Positions 27,289-39,905 of a stretch of DNA of 64,000 nucleotides are shown here, piece by piece. Under the pieces are notes generated by a model. It was not told where the DNA came from. It saw only the letters and a program-made list of their open reading frames with translations, and did not search any database. Location: assembly GCA_951406725.2 (NCBI GenBank), contig OX597819.1, positions 6,634,001 through 6,698,000 on the forward strand, given 5' to 3'. Position 1 is the first letter of the stretch; each line of letters opens with the position of its first letter. This DNA is from Octopus vulgaris. Its lineage: Eukaryota. A program made the translations under genes and the position numbers.

Positions 27289-27898
27289 GGGGGAGAAATA
27301 GATGGTTAAGAATAGAGTGATAGAGGGGAAAGTGATTTGTATACACATGAAAAATAACTTACCATCCATATATATATACACATACATACATAAATACCTC
27401 TATGCTGCTGTATATATATATATATATATGAATATACATATGCTTATGTATGTGTATACAGAGATGCATATGTACATTAATATATACATACATTGTGCAA
27501 ACAAACTATGATGTCGATCGGGACAGCTTTAAACATTATTTCACTTCTAAGATGAAATATACCAGATAAGGTTATTCATAACAAATGTGTGCACTGCTTA
27601 ATAATTCGCTAAAACAACCCATTAATTATTACAGTTCATTAAAGCTGTGCATGCCGGGAAATAGCTCATTAATCTTGCAAAAATATTACAGGAAGTGTAT
27701 GAACATAGCTGAATAAGAAGTGATTTTCGAAATATATTTTTTGCAGTTTTTTTGTTTCATTTTTTTCTTAATTTTTTTTTTATTCTCTGGCATGAAGAGA
27801 TACATCGAAACACTATTTTTGAAGTCGAATTTTTTAAGCATGGTTTCAGTTTTGCCATGCTATTCTATGGCAATTGGGATCATTTCTGTAATATTTAC

Positions 27899-27935
27899 CT
27901 CTTAAATGCCATTTACATTTTTCCTATGTCCGATC
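27899..27935 (-). other. candidate start-codon exon
   Basis: Pyrimidine tract ..cttccacag|GATC...ATG TAA ATG GCA TTT AAG AG|gtaaat. Confidence 0.25.
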
Positions 27936-28499
27936 CTGTGGAAGTGATATGGAATTGTTATGAGATACAAAAATATAAAATAAAATAAAAAACTATATTA
28001 AAACTGTACATTAAGGATAGAAACAGGATTCTGATCTAAAGCCGTTTTTCAATGATAGAAAAAAAACTGAAGCGAACAGTAAATACTCTCCTAAGTGGCG
28101 TGATTGAAAATCAAAACCCTCGGCAGTTTACTTTATTGAAGATTGGTTTGACCTCGAAAGTTTTAAGCCTTCTGAATGTTACTGTGAAAGAAAGTCCTTA
28201 ATGTAAGATTCAAGTACAATATCGCAAGTGCTATATGAAAGTAAGCTTATAATGTAGGATTTTAGGCACATGGTGTGCTCAGTTTCTCTCACATTAATGT
28301 CGATGCTGTTACGCCTTTCTCTTCATTTTTACTCCGTATAGTTAAGATTCATTACCGTACGCAACCGGAAAATATAATAAGCCTGTAGCAATCATCCTGA
28401 GTACTTCATCATTGCAAAGATTGAAAAGTCACGATCATGCTTTAATCAGATCTAGTGCTAATGCACGATAGTCTCACCACTGAGTCACTCTGTAACATC

Positions 28500-28670
28500 T
28501 GCGGAGACGTGGCTGTGTGGTAGGAAGTTCACTTCCAAACCACATAGTCCCGGGTCTAGTTCCACTGTGTGACACCATGGGCGAATGTCTTCTATTATAG
28601 ACTAGGGAGGACCAAAGCCTTGTGACTGGATATGGTAGACGGAAACTGTATGAAGTCTCCGTGTGTGTGT
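28500..28670 (+). mobile_element. SINE family B, 5' part (decayed)
   Basis: GTGGCTGTGTGGTAGGAAG...ACCAAAGCCTTGTGA; other partial copies at 20570-20760, 29830-30055, 32795-32930, 50290-50441 and 63440-63627. Confidence 0.75.
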
Positions 28671-29001
28671 AGGAGGACATTCGTCAAGATCCTAGCTGTA
28701 TTTTCGCCAACTTATTTTTCACAGTGGCACCAGCGAATAGAAGTAAAAGTAAATTTTCAACCAAAACTTTTACCAATTTTTAAGCCGGAGAAATCACCAT
28801 TGTTTACAAACAGGAGTTAAGTCCCCTTCTAGTGACGAGTAAGTTTTTGATTAGACTTTTGTTAAGACTTTTTTGTTAAAACTTTTTCCATTGAGGAAAA
28901 ATGTGTTTTGTTGATATACGGGCAACACACACACACGAACATGTATGCGTATAAAAATCATGTATGCAATAGGTACGTGTGTGTATGTGTGTGTGTGTTG
29001 C

Positions 29002-29043
<42 letters not shown>

Positions 29044-29299
29044 TTAAGACTTAGTTGTGATCTGAACATAACCGCTTCTGACGGATCGGGAGCCCTTTTG
29101 GGCATTCTATTTTCTTTGCTGGAAGGGTTCCCAACCCATGAGCACAGGGGGAGGGTTAGATGATGGGGTGGTGTTTTCAAAGGGCTGACATGTGCAACTT
29201 GATCACCTCTGCTGATGAAACTCCCAACCCATGCACTCCCGAAGCGACACTGATTCTGCAGAACCGGGTTGAGTGTGAAAACCAACTTTAAAGTATAAA

Positions 29300-29777
29300 T
29301 ATAGATGTTTTTGAATCAGCAATACTGTGTTCGGTTAAGTCCTATTTGGGGTAAACAATCTGATTCCCTATGGGTTCTACATTTAATCAGGATAAAAAAA
29401 ATCGATAAACCGATTCCTTATAGGATTTGCCAATAAAATTTGCTACATCCCCATTTTCAACCATAACTTTTACCAACTTTGATGTATTTTGTTCAAACAT
29501 GATGCCAGCATTACTTAGGACTCATGGGATCTTTGAATGCTTTAAAGTTCTCCAAAACCGAAAAAAAGAATCGATGAGTAGAAAAATCGATAAATCGATT
29601 CCTTATGGGATTACCCAATCAAGCTGTCTGCATCTCATTTTCAGCCAAATGTTTACTAATTTCAACAGATTTCGCCCAAATTTGACGTCGATGTTACTTA
29701 GTTTGGTTTGAAATGAAGAACTTGATAAGTTTAATAATCCTAACTTAATCCCGGGCAAAGCCGGGCTATACTGTTAG
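29300..29777 (+). mobile_element. non-autonomous Helitron 3' portion
   Basis: CCCGGGCAAAGCCGGG hairpin then ATACTGTTAG|T; 5' limit uncertain. Confidence 0.5.
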
Positions 29778-29798
29778 TATTATATATATACATGGATG

Positions 29799-29829
<31 letters not shown>

Positions 29830-30094
29830 GTGTGTGTGCGCGTGCGTCTGTGTGTGAGTCTTTGAGTTTGTGTTTGTACCCCATCACCACTTGGCATCCA
29901 ATATTGGTCTGTTTACGGCCCAGTGACTTCTTTGTTCCTGCAATTCAATAAGTACAAGTTTTTACAAAATTACCTAATGGCATCTATTTGTTTGACTTAA
30001 AACCACAAGGCGATGCCCCAATATGGCCGCAGTTCAATGGGTGAAATTAGTGAAAGAAATTAGTGAAAGAAAATTAGTGAAAGAAATTTGTGTG

Positions 30095-30129
<35 letters not shown>

Positions 30130-30292
30130 ACATATATATATACATATATATATAAACAAAGAGGGTAATAATATAATACCAGTGGCTCAGCACAAAAGAC
30201 GAATTAGTCATTAGAGATTTGAAAAGTTAAGATCTGCTAGTTGCTGAGATCAACAAATGGTCTAACGCGCTGCGCATCTCGATTCAATTTAG

Positions 30293-30376
30293 GCGTCTCG
30301 CTGATGAAACCAGCCTTAGCAAACATATTCTGTGTTTTGCTAGAAAGAGGTAGAAACTGATATCAGTCCGAGATGT
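30293..30376 (+). ncRNA. type I hammerhead ribozyme motif
   Basis: Stem I GCGTCTCG/CGAGATGT; CTGATGA 30301-30307; stem II ACC/GGT plus TAGCAAA/TTTGCTA; GAAA 30353-30356; stem III ACTGATATCAGT; GUC triplet. Confidence 0.85.
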
Positions 30377-30467
30377 AAAGTTATCGGTAAATGTTTTTGA
30401 TTTTCACTCTCGATAAATTTATCTTCTTTTTGTATTCCCAGCACTTGGCATCCTTATTTAGGAGCCC

Positions 30468-30504
<37 letters not shown>

Positions 30505-30570
30505 CACATGTCGCCATGATAGATCGTTAGCCACTACACACATTTTGTTCTCTCCTTGTTTTTTGTGTCC

Positions 30571-30606
30571 CTTTCTGTAGAAGAGCGTAGGCTCGAAACG
30601 TAAAAG
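30571..30606 (+). ncRNA. minimal type I hammerhead motif, A6U core variant
   Basis: CTTT-CTGTAGA-A-GAGC gtag GCTC-GAAACGTA-AAAG inside a ~200-bp repeat (30503-30700) between (TA)n tracts. Confidence 0.7.
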
Positions 30607-30709
30607 ACTTTTTCTATTCCTGAGCGTTATACTAATACATCTGTTTGTTTTGTACACCACCTGTCTTCGTCTTTTGTTGTGTTCGTAAACTTTCCCTATA
30701 TATAGATAC

Positions 30710-30769
<60 letters not shown>

Positions 30770-30829
30770 CTTAGATATGTTTCGCCCATAGACTGGACCA
30801 TAGAAAGATAGGGTTAGTTAAATCCTTTT

Positions 30830-30947
30830 TAAGTCAAGTTTTGTGGTACCATGGTCCATTCGAGTAAGGAGTTTTTGTTGAGTGAGTTGTATCCAGGCAT
30901 AGGTGGCTTATCTGGTATTCCTTGAAGAAATTTGTCCAGATTCCGTT
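30830..30947 (-). pseudogene. CR1-like LINE ORF2 extreme C-terminus
   Basis: KRNLDKFLQGIPDKPPMPGYNSLNKNSLLEW...* on the minus strand. Confidence 0.55.
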
Positions 30948-33022
30948 TATGTTATGTGTACCTATTTAAGCTTTCTGCAATAACTGTGATAAGATGACAT
31001 GATCAAATCCTGTACAATAATAACGTAAATACAGCATAGAATATCCTTAAGGTCAGTACAACCCAGTTACTTCTGATTCAGGTACATAAACGTAAAAGAA
31101 AAAATTGCTTTTTAAAAACGTCAACGGTGGTGTTACGCCTGGGCATGAGTAAAAACTAGTATCCCAAATTTAAGTTCTTGGTACCAATATGAATTGCGAT
31201 TCATACTATGTATACTTTTATACTCAGAAAATAAGATATTTCAAATTCAGAGAACACAAAACGCTAAGCTTAAGCGTCAAATAAATACATAAGTAACAAT
31301 CAAATAGATAAATAGTCTACTGCATTTATTGGGCAATGTTTTCTTCCTTTCGTTGCAAGCTTCAAATTCTCTCTCTCTTTCTCTCTCTCTCTGTGCCTCC
31401 CCTCTCTTTATCTATCTGAATCTCTCTTCCTCTCTCTCTTTATATATATCTATATATCTATATATATATATGCGTGTGTGTGTAGTTATATCTATCTATC
31501 TATCTATCTTGCCTCTCTCTATATATATGTATGTGAGGGTGTGTATGTATGCATACAAATAACTATACCAGTGTATACATACATGTATGCATACATATAC
31601 AATCTTCTTACGTTCCACAATAAAGCTGAACGTACAACAGTTTTGTCGAAAATTAAAATCAGTGAGAAAAAAAAAACATAATAGAATTGAAGAATGCTGT
31701 ATAGAAACACTTAAATCTTAGATAATTGTTCTATGAACCAACAAAAGTAATTATTTACGGGAAGAAAACAATAATGTGAACCAGTATATTACATATGAAA
31801 ATATAAACACTTTTACCTACAAGACAATCAAAATACAACAATTTCCATTTAATCCCCATTCTCTGTGAACGCAGTATTTGTTTTTGCTTCGCGTATATGT
31901 ATATCTGTATGTTTGTATGTGTGTGTGTGTATATGCATACATACATACACATGCATACATGCATACACGCATACAAACATACATCCATGCATACATACGT
32001 ACTTACATATACATCCATATACGAACGCAGGATTCATTTCGTCGTCGTCGTTGTCGTTGTTGTTATTACTGTTGCTGTTGTTGTTGTTGTCGTCGTCGTA
32101 GTTGTTGTTGTTGTTGTTGTTGATCGTGTTCTTGTTGTTGTTGCAAACCTTTATTGTTGCTTGTGGGTGTTGATGGCGGTGAGTTTCATTTGTCTATCTT
32201 TTTGAATTAACAGTCCCATTTATTGGTAATAACATTTCGAATTGGAGCATTCAAGATTGAGAAATAAGATTTACATTTGCAGAAAAAAAAAGGAATTGCT
32301 TTAGAGTTTGTTTTCTATAATTAGTTTTACTGACGCATTTTCCAGTATAGAATTGGACCGTCTATTCAAAAGATTTTGCTAAATATTTGGGTAGCAGAGT
32401 CATCCTCCTTTGGCCTGTTTAGATATGTATTCATGTCGTTCTTGTCTAGTCTACCTTCAACCTAGATGACCTATTAACAAAGCATTCCAGCTATTATCAT
32501 CCCATCTTAGACGTATATGTTTAGTTCCATATTATCCACGCTTTCCATTGTCTGATTCCGCTTTCTTAAGTGGGTATATAGGCATTAAGAGTAGGTATTT
32601 GGTATTTCATGGAAATCGAACTATACTATACTCTGTCACTGTGAGAATATTTCTGCTTTATTAAAGTTATCAGGTCTTCTAATATTGTTGCGATAGACTG
32701 ACCATCTCTCCGGAAGGGTCGTTTTTATTTTTGTTCAGTCATTGTACCTGAAGTGAAGCATATATCCTTAAGAGACTTCCGAAAATATGTTTCATCTTTT
32801 ACGTCTCAATCGTTTCAGTAGACAGACAGCAGCCAAACTGAGGCACCGTCTTGAAAAGTTTTAGGTTATCTTTTGCCGCACCGCTAAGTTACTGCGACGT
32901 TAACACACCAACACCCGTTATCAAGCGTAGGAGAGCCAAATACACGTATTCTTAGAATTCTGGCTCAAATTCGTAACAAAAAGTAAATACAGCGCGTCAT
33001 AATGTACATGTATGTGTGAGTG

Positions 33023-33081
<59 letters not shown>

Positions 33082-33285
33082 AAGAGAGACAGAGACAGGC
33101 AGAAACAAGGGAAATGCCACTTGTATTTGAACACTATACAAATATTCTTTTAAAAAAACTTTTCTTTTAATTTTTCTAAATTTAATTATTTAATTGTTAC
33201 AGTTGAAAAAAGTGTCAATGACTGAAACCGCTACTGAAATGTTTTTTATAAAATTATTTTAGCATTTTCTATCTTGACTTTTTTC

Positions 33286-33320
<35 letters not shown>

Positions 33321-33327
33321 TTATCTA

Positions 33328-34360
33328 TACGGGATGCGGTGAATAAATTGTCGTCTAAATTACGCAAAAATGACTAACATCTCATTTTAACAGTTATATT
33401 TACCAAAATTACATAAAAATATATTGAAACACTAAAATGTAAATTCATTCAATAAAATCGCCATTGGCTCCAACCACGGCCTCCAGAAGACTTCAGTATC
33501 ACCTGCAACTCTTATTGTCTGTTTGCTTGTCTAAATTGGTGAATGCTGCCATAATCCTTGCCTTCAGTTCATCTTTGGTGTTACAAGGAGTGTTGTTTGT
33601 CTCTTGCTCAACAGCGCTCCACACTTAATAATCAATAGGGTTGCAGACTGAGGAGTTAAGTAGCCAGATGTTAGGGGTGATGTGGTTGCAGAAATTGTCC
33701 GACAGCCATGACTGGGTTCTCTTGCTGGTGTGACATGGTGCAGAGTCCTGTTACTTGACATAGGGTCTTCCACCAGCCACGTTCTTGACCCAGGACAGCA
33801 CTACTTCCCCCAGACACTTGATGTAGGCCTCCGTGTTGAGTCTGAGGCTGTGTGGGAAGATCATTAGTGATCAATCCAAACAACATGATGTTGACTGGAT
33901 GTCTGATTTTTATCACTCTCGGTACATGTTTTGGAGACCTGGCAAGCTAACGGTTGTTCTGTGTGTTCACCATCGGATCCTGGCAAAAACTTTTCTAGTC
34001 TGAGAAAAACCAAGACATGTTCGGTTGGTGGGGACGCTTGAGTTCATTCAAAAGCTTCGTAGCACAGTCTTTCTCTTTGTCCTTGATGATTTCGGATAAA
34101 AATTAGCCCTTTCTCATCTTGGAGGAATCGTTGTCAATCATGACCTGGATTTCACCAGCAAATTCAGAGTTTCCGAGCTGCCACTCCTTCATAATCACCA
34201 TTAGACTCATCCAAATCTTTCCGAATCCTCTGCACTGCCCTCAGATTGACGCCCAAAATCTCCGAAATGTTCATATTGGAGATTCCGACGCGAATGCCCA
34301 GCAGTACAGCATGTCGTTTCCAAATTTCTGACAGAGTGAATTGCGTCATGGTGCTATTTT
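33328..34360 (-). mobile_element. Tc1/mariner-superfamily maT-like (DD37D) transposon, decayed
   Basis: MTQFTLSEIWKRHAVLLG.. N-terminus; QDSAPCH...CNPIDY with 37 residues between the aspartates; stops and frameshifts. Confidence 0.85.
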
Positions 34361-34734
34361 TCTCTTGTTCACTTTGTCTGATCTTCGTTTTCTCCGAAGC
34401 GATGGCACCGATCCTAATTAGGTTAAGCCAGAAATATATTGCCTTAATGATATGATAACAACGCTTTGTAGTTATTTCACCGATATATTGGGAGTGAATA
34501 AATGTTATATCAGTAAGATATCATGGATATATTATATGCGTATTAGTAATGTGCTAACTGCGTATCAAAGATGTATGCGTAATACATCAATAGTATATCG
34601 GGGATATTAACTTCATCTTAAATAAATTTAGTCCTGACATTTAATTTAGTATCACCAACATATATCTATATATCAAATATACCGATGTATCAAGTTGTAA
34701 AGTCCTTACGCGTTTTGAGATGGGAAATAAACGA

Positions 34735-34788
<54 letters not shown>

Positions 34789-34791
<3 letters not shown>

Positions 34792-34904
34792 GGTGCATGG
34801 TTCAGTGGTTAGAGCGTCGAGCTTACGATCGTGAGGTTGTGAGTTCGAATCGCGGACCGAGCTGCGTGTTGTGTTCTTGAGCAAGACACTTTATTTCACG
34901 TTGC
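34789..34904 (+). mobile_element. tRNA-derived SINE head (family D)
   Basis: A box TGGTTCAGTGG, B box GTTCGAATC, then GTGTTCTTGAGCAAGACACTT. Confidence 0.75.
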
Positions 34905-34909
34905 ATACT

Positions 34910-35220
34910 TCTGCGAAAGCATACTTTGGCGTCTATGAAATCCTTCCCCATCCCACTTACTCGACCGACCTCGCGCCAACTGACATCCACCTCTTTCCAA
35001 CCATGAAATCTTCGGATGATGATGAACTTATTTCCGAGGTAAAGTATTGGCTCCAGTCGCAACCTACCGACTTCCACAGAGGTCTTCACAGCTGTATAAA
35101 GCGATGGGAGAAGTGTGTCACCATTGGTGCTGGCTATGTAGAGAAGGACTAATAATTATGCCATGTTTCATGTATCTCAGTCCTTGGGAAGTAGGTTAGG
35201 GGAAATCTTTAATGAACAAA
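34910..35220 (+). pseudogene. mariner transposase C-terminal remnant
   Basis: LPHPTYSTDLAPTDIHLF...[17 protein letters not shown]. Confidence 0.85.
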
Positions 35221-35225
35221 TATAC

Positions 35226-35265
<40 letters not shown>

Positions 35266-35357
35266 ATGTGTATAATATAAATAATATATATATATATGCG
35301 TATATATATATGTATATATATAATCATATATATGTATATATGTACGTATATATATAT

Positions 35358-36605
35358 ACCTCCAATCACCCAAAGCACACAAAGACAGATATCCCCTTCA
35401 ACCTAGCGAGAAGAATCTGCATAATTGTCTCAAATGACACAACACGAAATAAAAGACTCCGAGAACTAAGGGCAATTCTTCTCGAAAGCCATTACCCAGC
35501 ACCACTAGTGGACAACGGAATAGAAGGGGCCAAATCAATTAACACATCCACAGTACAGTAAATAGCCTCCCCTATCTCTCAACACACAACCCAAGAAATA
35601 CAGAAGCTTACACAATTATATACAACAACATCCCACATCTAAATCAAGACCCACGCCCGAAAAAAAATTACTCGCAGCTCATAAAATAATAAAAAGTAAG
35701 AGACAACCTAAATCCCTAAAAAAACCTACTCACTCTTCCTCCCCCACCCCCACCCAAACACACCTACAGGGTCTCTTGAAATAGTAAATAATCTTTTACG
35801 ATAACACCGTGGACCAGGTCAGTTTGAACTTGCCTACTACCATAATGTAAACCTTTTTGAACTCATAATATTCTGCGCGTGTATACCAATATTCTACTGA
35901 AATTTTTAATAATTCCGTCTGGAACGGCGTGCTGTCAGAAACGTTAGCACGCCGGGCGAAATGAGTTCAAATTCCGCCGAGGTCGACTTTGCCTTTCATC
36001 CTTTCGGGGTCGATAAATTAAGTACCAGTTACGCACTGGGGTCGATGTAATTGACTTAATCCATTTGTCTGTCCCCTCCATGTTTAGCCCCTTGTGGGCA
36101 ATAAAGAAATATATCTTTAACTTTGCCTTGAGAATGTATATATATGTTGCAATTTTTTGTGCCCAATATTTTAATGAACTTGTTAAACTTTTTTATGTTC
36201 TTAACATGTTCTTGTTACTAAAGAATATTTGTATATATGTATTGTAGTATTTTGTGACAGCCAATATTCTGTGCGTGTATTATTATACAGATACAATACC
36301 GATATTCCACTGAACTTTTTAATAATCCCTTCTGGAAACTATCTTTAACATTCTCTTGAGAATGTATATTGAGGTTGGAATCTTTTGTGCCCAATAAAAT
36401 CATGAACTTGTTAAACATTTTTATGTCCTTAACATGTCCTTGTTACCAAAGACTGTATATATATATTGTGGCAATTTGTGACAACCAATAATTAACACAA
36501 CCAAACTTTTACATGTTACTTTTGACAATCTTTTTCTAAAGAGTGAAACCGGTAAAGTAAATAAACATCTTTTAAAATTGTATTTTCAAACCTTCTTTCG
36601 TATAT
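35358..36605 (+). mobile_element. Penelope-like element fragment: RT-thumb/linker coding remnant, then a non-coding region ending in a decayed HHR
   Basis: [24 protein letters not shown]...YP..THNPRN..KSKRQPKSLKK; ~225-bp tandem duplication 35866-36490; TTACTT-TTGACAA...GAAACCGGTA-AAGTAA at 36516-36560. Confidence 0.7.
35924..36110 (+). mobile_element. SINE family C with L1/Tx1-like tail
   Basis: GGCGTGCTGTCAGAAACGTTAGCACGCCGGG..GCCTTTCATCCTTTCGGGGTCGATAAATTAAGTACCAG..GCCCCTTGTGGGCAATAAAGAAA. Confidence 0.85.
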
Positions 36606-36728
36606 ATATATATAATTGCAGCGTCTGCAATTGTTTTCGTTTCAGCACACGATCTCAGATCAAATTACTTGCTATGCGAGTACATCTCCTATATATATAT
36701 ATATATAAATCTCTAAAAAATTCGTTAT

Positions 36729-36787
36729 TACCGTATTGGTCCAATTTCAGGGTTAATTCACAAGAAATTTTTCCCTCTTCAGCGGCA
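36729..36787 (-). ncRNA. type I hammerhead ribozyme motif
   Basis: Minus strand TGCCG-CTGAAGA-GGG..CCT-GAAA-TTGGACCAATA-CGGTA; AUA triplet; near-palindromic stem III. Confidence 0.72.
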
Positions 36788-36982
36788 CATACGCGAGATA
36801 TAAATGAAATACTTATTCATACCCACGGAAGAAGTAAGCACCAAGTCCCGAGCAGACTTAAGTACCCCAAATATATCAAAATAGAAAAATCTTCGGCGCA
36901 CCTCGAGACACGTGTGATTCGAACTAGAAACTTTCACAGAGTGATAGAATCCGGACGTGAAACACTAATCGATTTATAATTC

Positions 36983-37311
36983 ATATAGGATAAAAACTTT
37001 TTCGGGAAAAGAATTTTATCAATGGCCAGCATATCAAAAAATGCCTTTAAAGGTAAAATTTATACATAATTAACAAGATAAAGGTAGAAGAAAAATTCTA
37101 ATGCCAGATACGCCGAAACAAAAAATTTGTCGATAACCATTAAATTTTAATTTAATGGTTATCGACAATTTTTTTGTTTCGGCGTATCTGGCATTAGAAT
37201 TTTACTTCTGCCCTTATCTTGTAAATTATGTATAAATTTTACCTTTAAAGGCATTTTTTGATATGCTGGCCATTGATAAAAAATTTTTCCCGAAAAAAAT
37301 TTATCCTATAT
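36983..37311. repeat. ~330-bp near-perfect palindrome (2-nt loop near 37147)
   Basis: ATATAGGATAAA...GTCGATAACCATTAAATT tt AATTTAATGGTTATCGAC...TTTATCCTATAT with few mismatches. Confidence 0.93.
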
Positions 37312-37378
37312 CAATTATATATATATATATGTATGTATGTATATATACGTATATTGGTACTTCTGTTTCCAAGTAAGT

Positions 37379-37447
<69 letters not shown>

Positions 37448-37667
37448 CAGTAATTCCTCGCCATATCATGGTTCCTATATCACGATTTATTATTTAAGCT
37501 TAAGTCGATTCCTCTGTGCTATTGTTTTGCATTTATAATAAAATAAATATATACAAACTATGAAAATAGTTTAAAATATATACAGTAGACTACTGTTTCA
37601 ACTTCGCGGATTTTCACATATCATGGGGTGTTTTGGAACGTAAAACCTGCGATAGTCGAGATATTAC

Positions 37668-37669
<2 letters not shown>
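37448..37669. mobile_element. pogo/Tigger-like MITE
   Basis: TA|CAGTAATTCCTCG ... CGAGATATTACTG imperfect TIRs, within (TA)n. Confidence 0.6.
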
Positions 37670-37710
<41 letters not shown>

Positions 37711-37755
37711 ACATATATATGTATACATATATATATACGTATATCTATCTATCTA

Positions 37756-37790
<35 letters not shown>

Positions 37791-37857
37791 GAAAGAATGT
37801 TTGAAAGTGCAATTTTAAAAGATGTTTATTTACTTTACCGGTTTCACTCTTATATAC

Positions 37858-37979
<122 letters not shown>

Positions 37980-37981
37980 AT

Positions 37982-38033
<52 letters not shown>

Positions 38034-38130
38034 CGGGAAGCTTTATGAAAATAGACAAAAGACGAAGGCAGGTGGGAAACAAACAAACAATTGTATTAGT
38101 ATGGCGCTCAGGAAATATAAATAAAACAAG

Positions 38131-38168
38131 TCTTTAACGTTTCGAGCCTACGCTCTTCAACAGAAAGA
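38131..38168 (-). ncRNA. minimal type I hammerhead motif, A6U core variant
   Basis: Minus strand TCTTT-CTGTTGA-A-GAGC gtag GCTC-GAAACGTT-AAAGA. Confidence 0.7.
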
Positions 38169-38176
38169 AGGAGAAA

Positions 38177-38235
<59 letters not shown>

Positions 38236-38278
38236 TATATATATTAGAAGGTTTGGAGATGATGTACAGGTATTATAT

Positions 38279-38484
38279 ATTAGAAGAAATAAGGTACTCA
38301 GAAATCTGGATGGTTTTATATTTACAGATTTTTATTAATATGTCACATGTTTTTGCCAAATATGAAGAGACTACTAGAGAAGATGTAAGCGCTTATATAT
38401 GATTTATAAAAATATGCGACATATTAATAAAAATCTGTAAATATAAAACCATCCAGATTTCTGAGTATCCTATTTCTGCTAATA
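38279..38484. repeat. inverted repeat (~67-bp arms, ~70-bp spacer) between (TA)n tracts
   Basis: TACTCAGAAATCTGGATGGTTTTATATTTACAGATTTTTATTAATATGTC and its reverse complement. Confidence 0.9.
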
Positions 38485-38528
38485 CATATATATATATATA
38501 TATATATATATTGTTTCAGGAAATAATA

Positions 38529-39165
38529 ATGGCAGACCCTCAGCTTACGCCAAAAATGAAGAGGCATGCTATTATTGTGGTTATAAAGGTAGATCATAGT
38601 GATATAGAAATATTTCGAGATTTAAAATAAGTTGCCAGATCTTCGTCTATAAAGTTTGGAAGGAGCTAGAGACTGACGATGGAAACGTTTCACCAGTATT
38701 AAAGCATAAAAATGCATTCTAAACCCTCTGAAATCATCAGAACACCTTAATGTATCCATCAAGTTCAACAGACCATTGATTACAATCCCAGAAAGTCCAT
38801 GAGGTCAATTGCAAAAGATCTCACCGTGACAGAAGGAACAGTCAGAAATGTTGTCCAGGAAGACATCATATATAAGTCTTATATGATGAAGAAAGGTCAA
38901 TTCGTCAGAAAAAGTAAAAGAATATCACTACATCAGATTTAAAATATTCTTAAACAAACAGAAAAATCCTGCAGAAGAAGGTTTGATTTGGTTTTTCTCA
39001 AACGAGAAAAACTTCGACCAAGAACAAAAAGTTAACAGTAGAAATAACAGATGGTTATGTGCAGACCCTTCTGATGTTCCAAGTGTTATGCATACAAAAT
39101 GTCCTGCAACTGTCAGGGTTTTAGGGATTGTCAGCAATGAAGGACATGTGAAGCCTCCTTACTTC
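38529..39165 (+). pseudogene. maT-like transposase N-terminal half, decayed
   Basis: MADPQLTPKMKRHAII..NPRKSMRSIAKDL..WFFSNEKNFDQEQKVNSRNNRWL..TKCPATVRVLGIVSNEG. Confidence 0.82.
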
Positions 39166-39539
39166 GCTCAATTCTTCGCACAATTATTAAAATGATTATA
39201 GATAGAACGAATATTTCTTGCTGCTTCCATTGAATACAAACAGTATGAAGTAGCTCTGACATGGGTTTGATATATCTCATTTTAAAAGGGCAAAGTCGAT
39301 ATGACTTTAACTATTGTGTTATAAAGTAATCTACAAAGAAAGAAGAAAAACACAGTAAGTATTGAAAAGGTACCGTCAAAGTAATCATGTCAACAATGCA
39401 ACGGGACTCTCTTCCCACCCTCATATAAGTTTGATATCATCGATGGATAAGATGTATATCGTTGCTATGTTAACGAAATGATGGTGATTCGACATCAGTA
39501 AGATAACACAAATGTAAATTCTCTTGACAAATCTTCATT

Positions 39540-39692
39540 GTGGCTGTGTGGTAAGTAGCTTGCTTACCAACCACATGGTTCCGGATTCAGTTACACTGCA
39601 TGGTAACTTGGGCAAGCGTCTTCTACTATAGCCTCGGGTCGACCAAAGCCTTGTGAGTGGATTTGGTAGACGCAAACTAACAGAAGCCCGTC

Positions 39693-39732
<40 letters not shown>

Positions 39733-39905
39733 AACATCGCTTAACAACCGATGTGTTTACGTCCCCGTAACTTAGCGGTTCGGCAAAAAGAGAATGATAG
39801 AATAAGTACTAGGCTTACAAAGAATAAGTCTTGAGGCCGATTTGTTCGACTAAAGGCGATGCTCCAATATGACCGCAGTCAAACGACTGAAACAGGTAAA
39901 AGAAA
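39540..39905 (+). mobile_element. SINE family B
   Basis: Near-complete match to 44677-45101. Confidence 0.9.

Noticed and set aside
34789-34862. tRNA-like sequences here and at the heads of SINE families A and B
   Set aside because: They continue into SINE bodies and lack a proper acceptor stem and terminator; not tRNA genes.
35866-36490. Tandem repeats as a CRISPR-like array
   Set aside because: Two ~225-bp diverged units without unique spacers or cas genes, in a eukaryotic context.
38670-38695. CTGACGATGGAAACGTT as a minimal hammerhead
   Set aside because: No stem II, and it lies in transposase coding sequence; other lone CTGANGA hits (1608, 14623, 24927, 55130) likewise lack stems.
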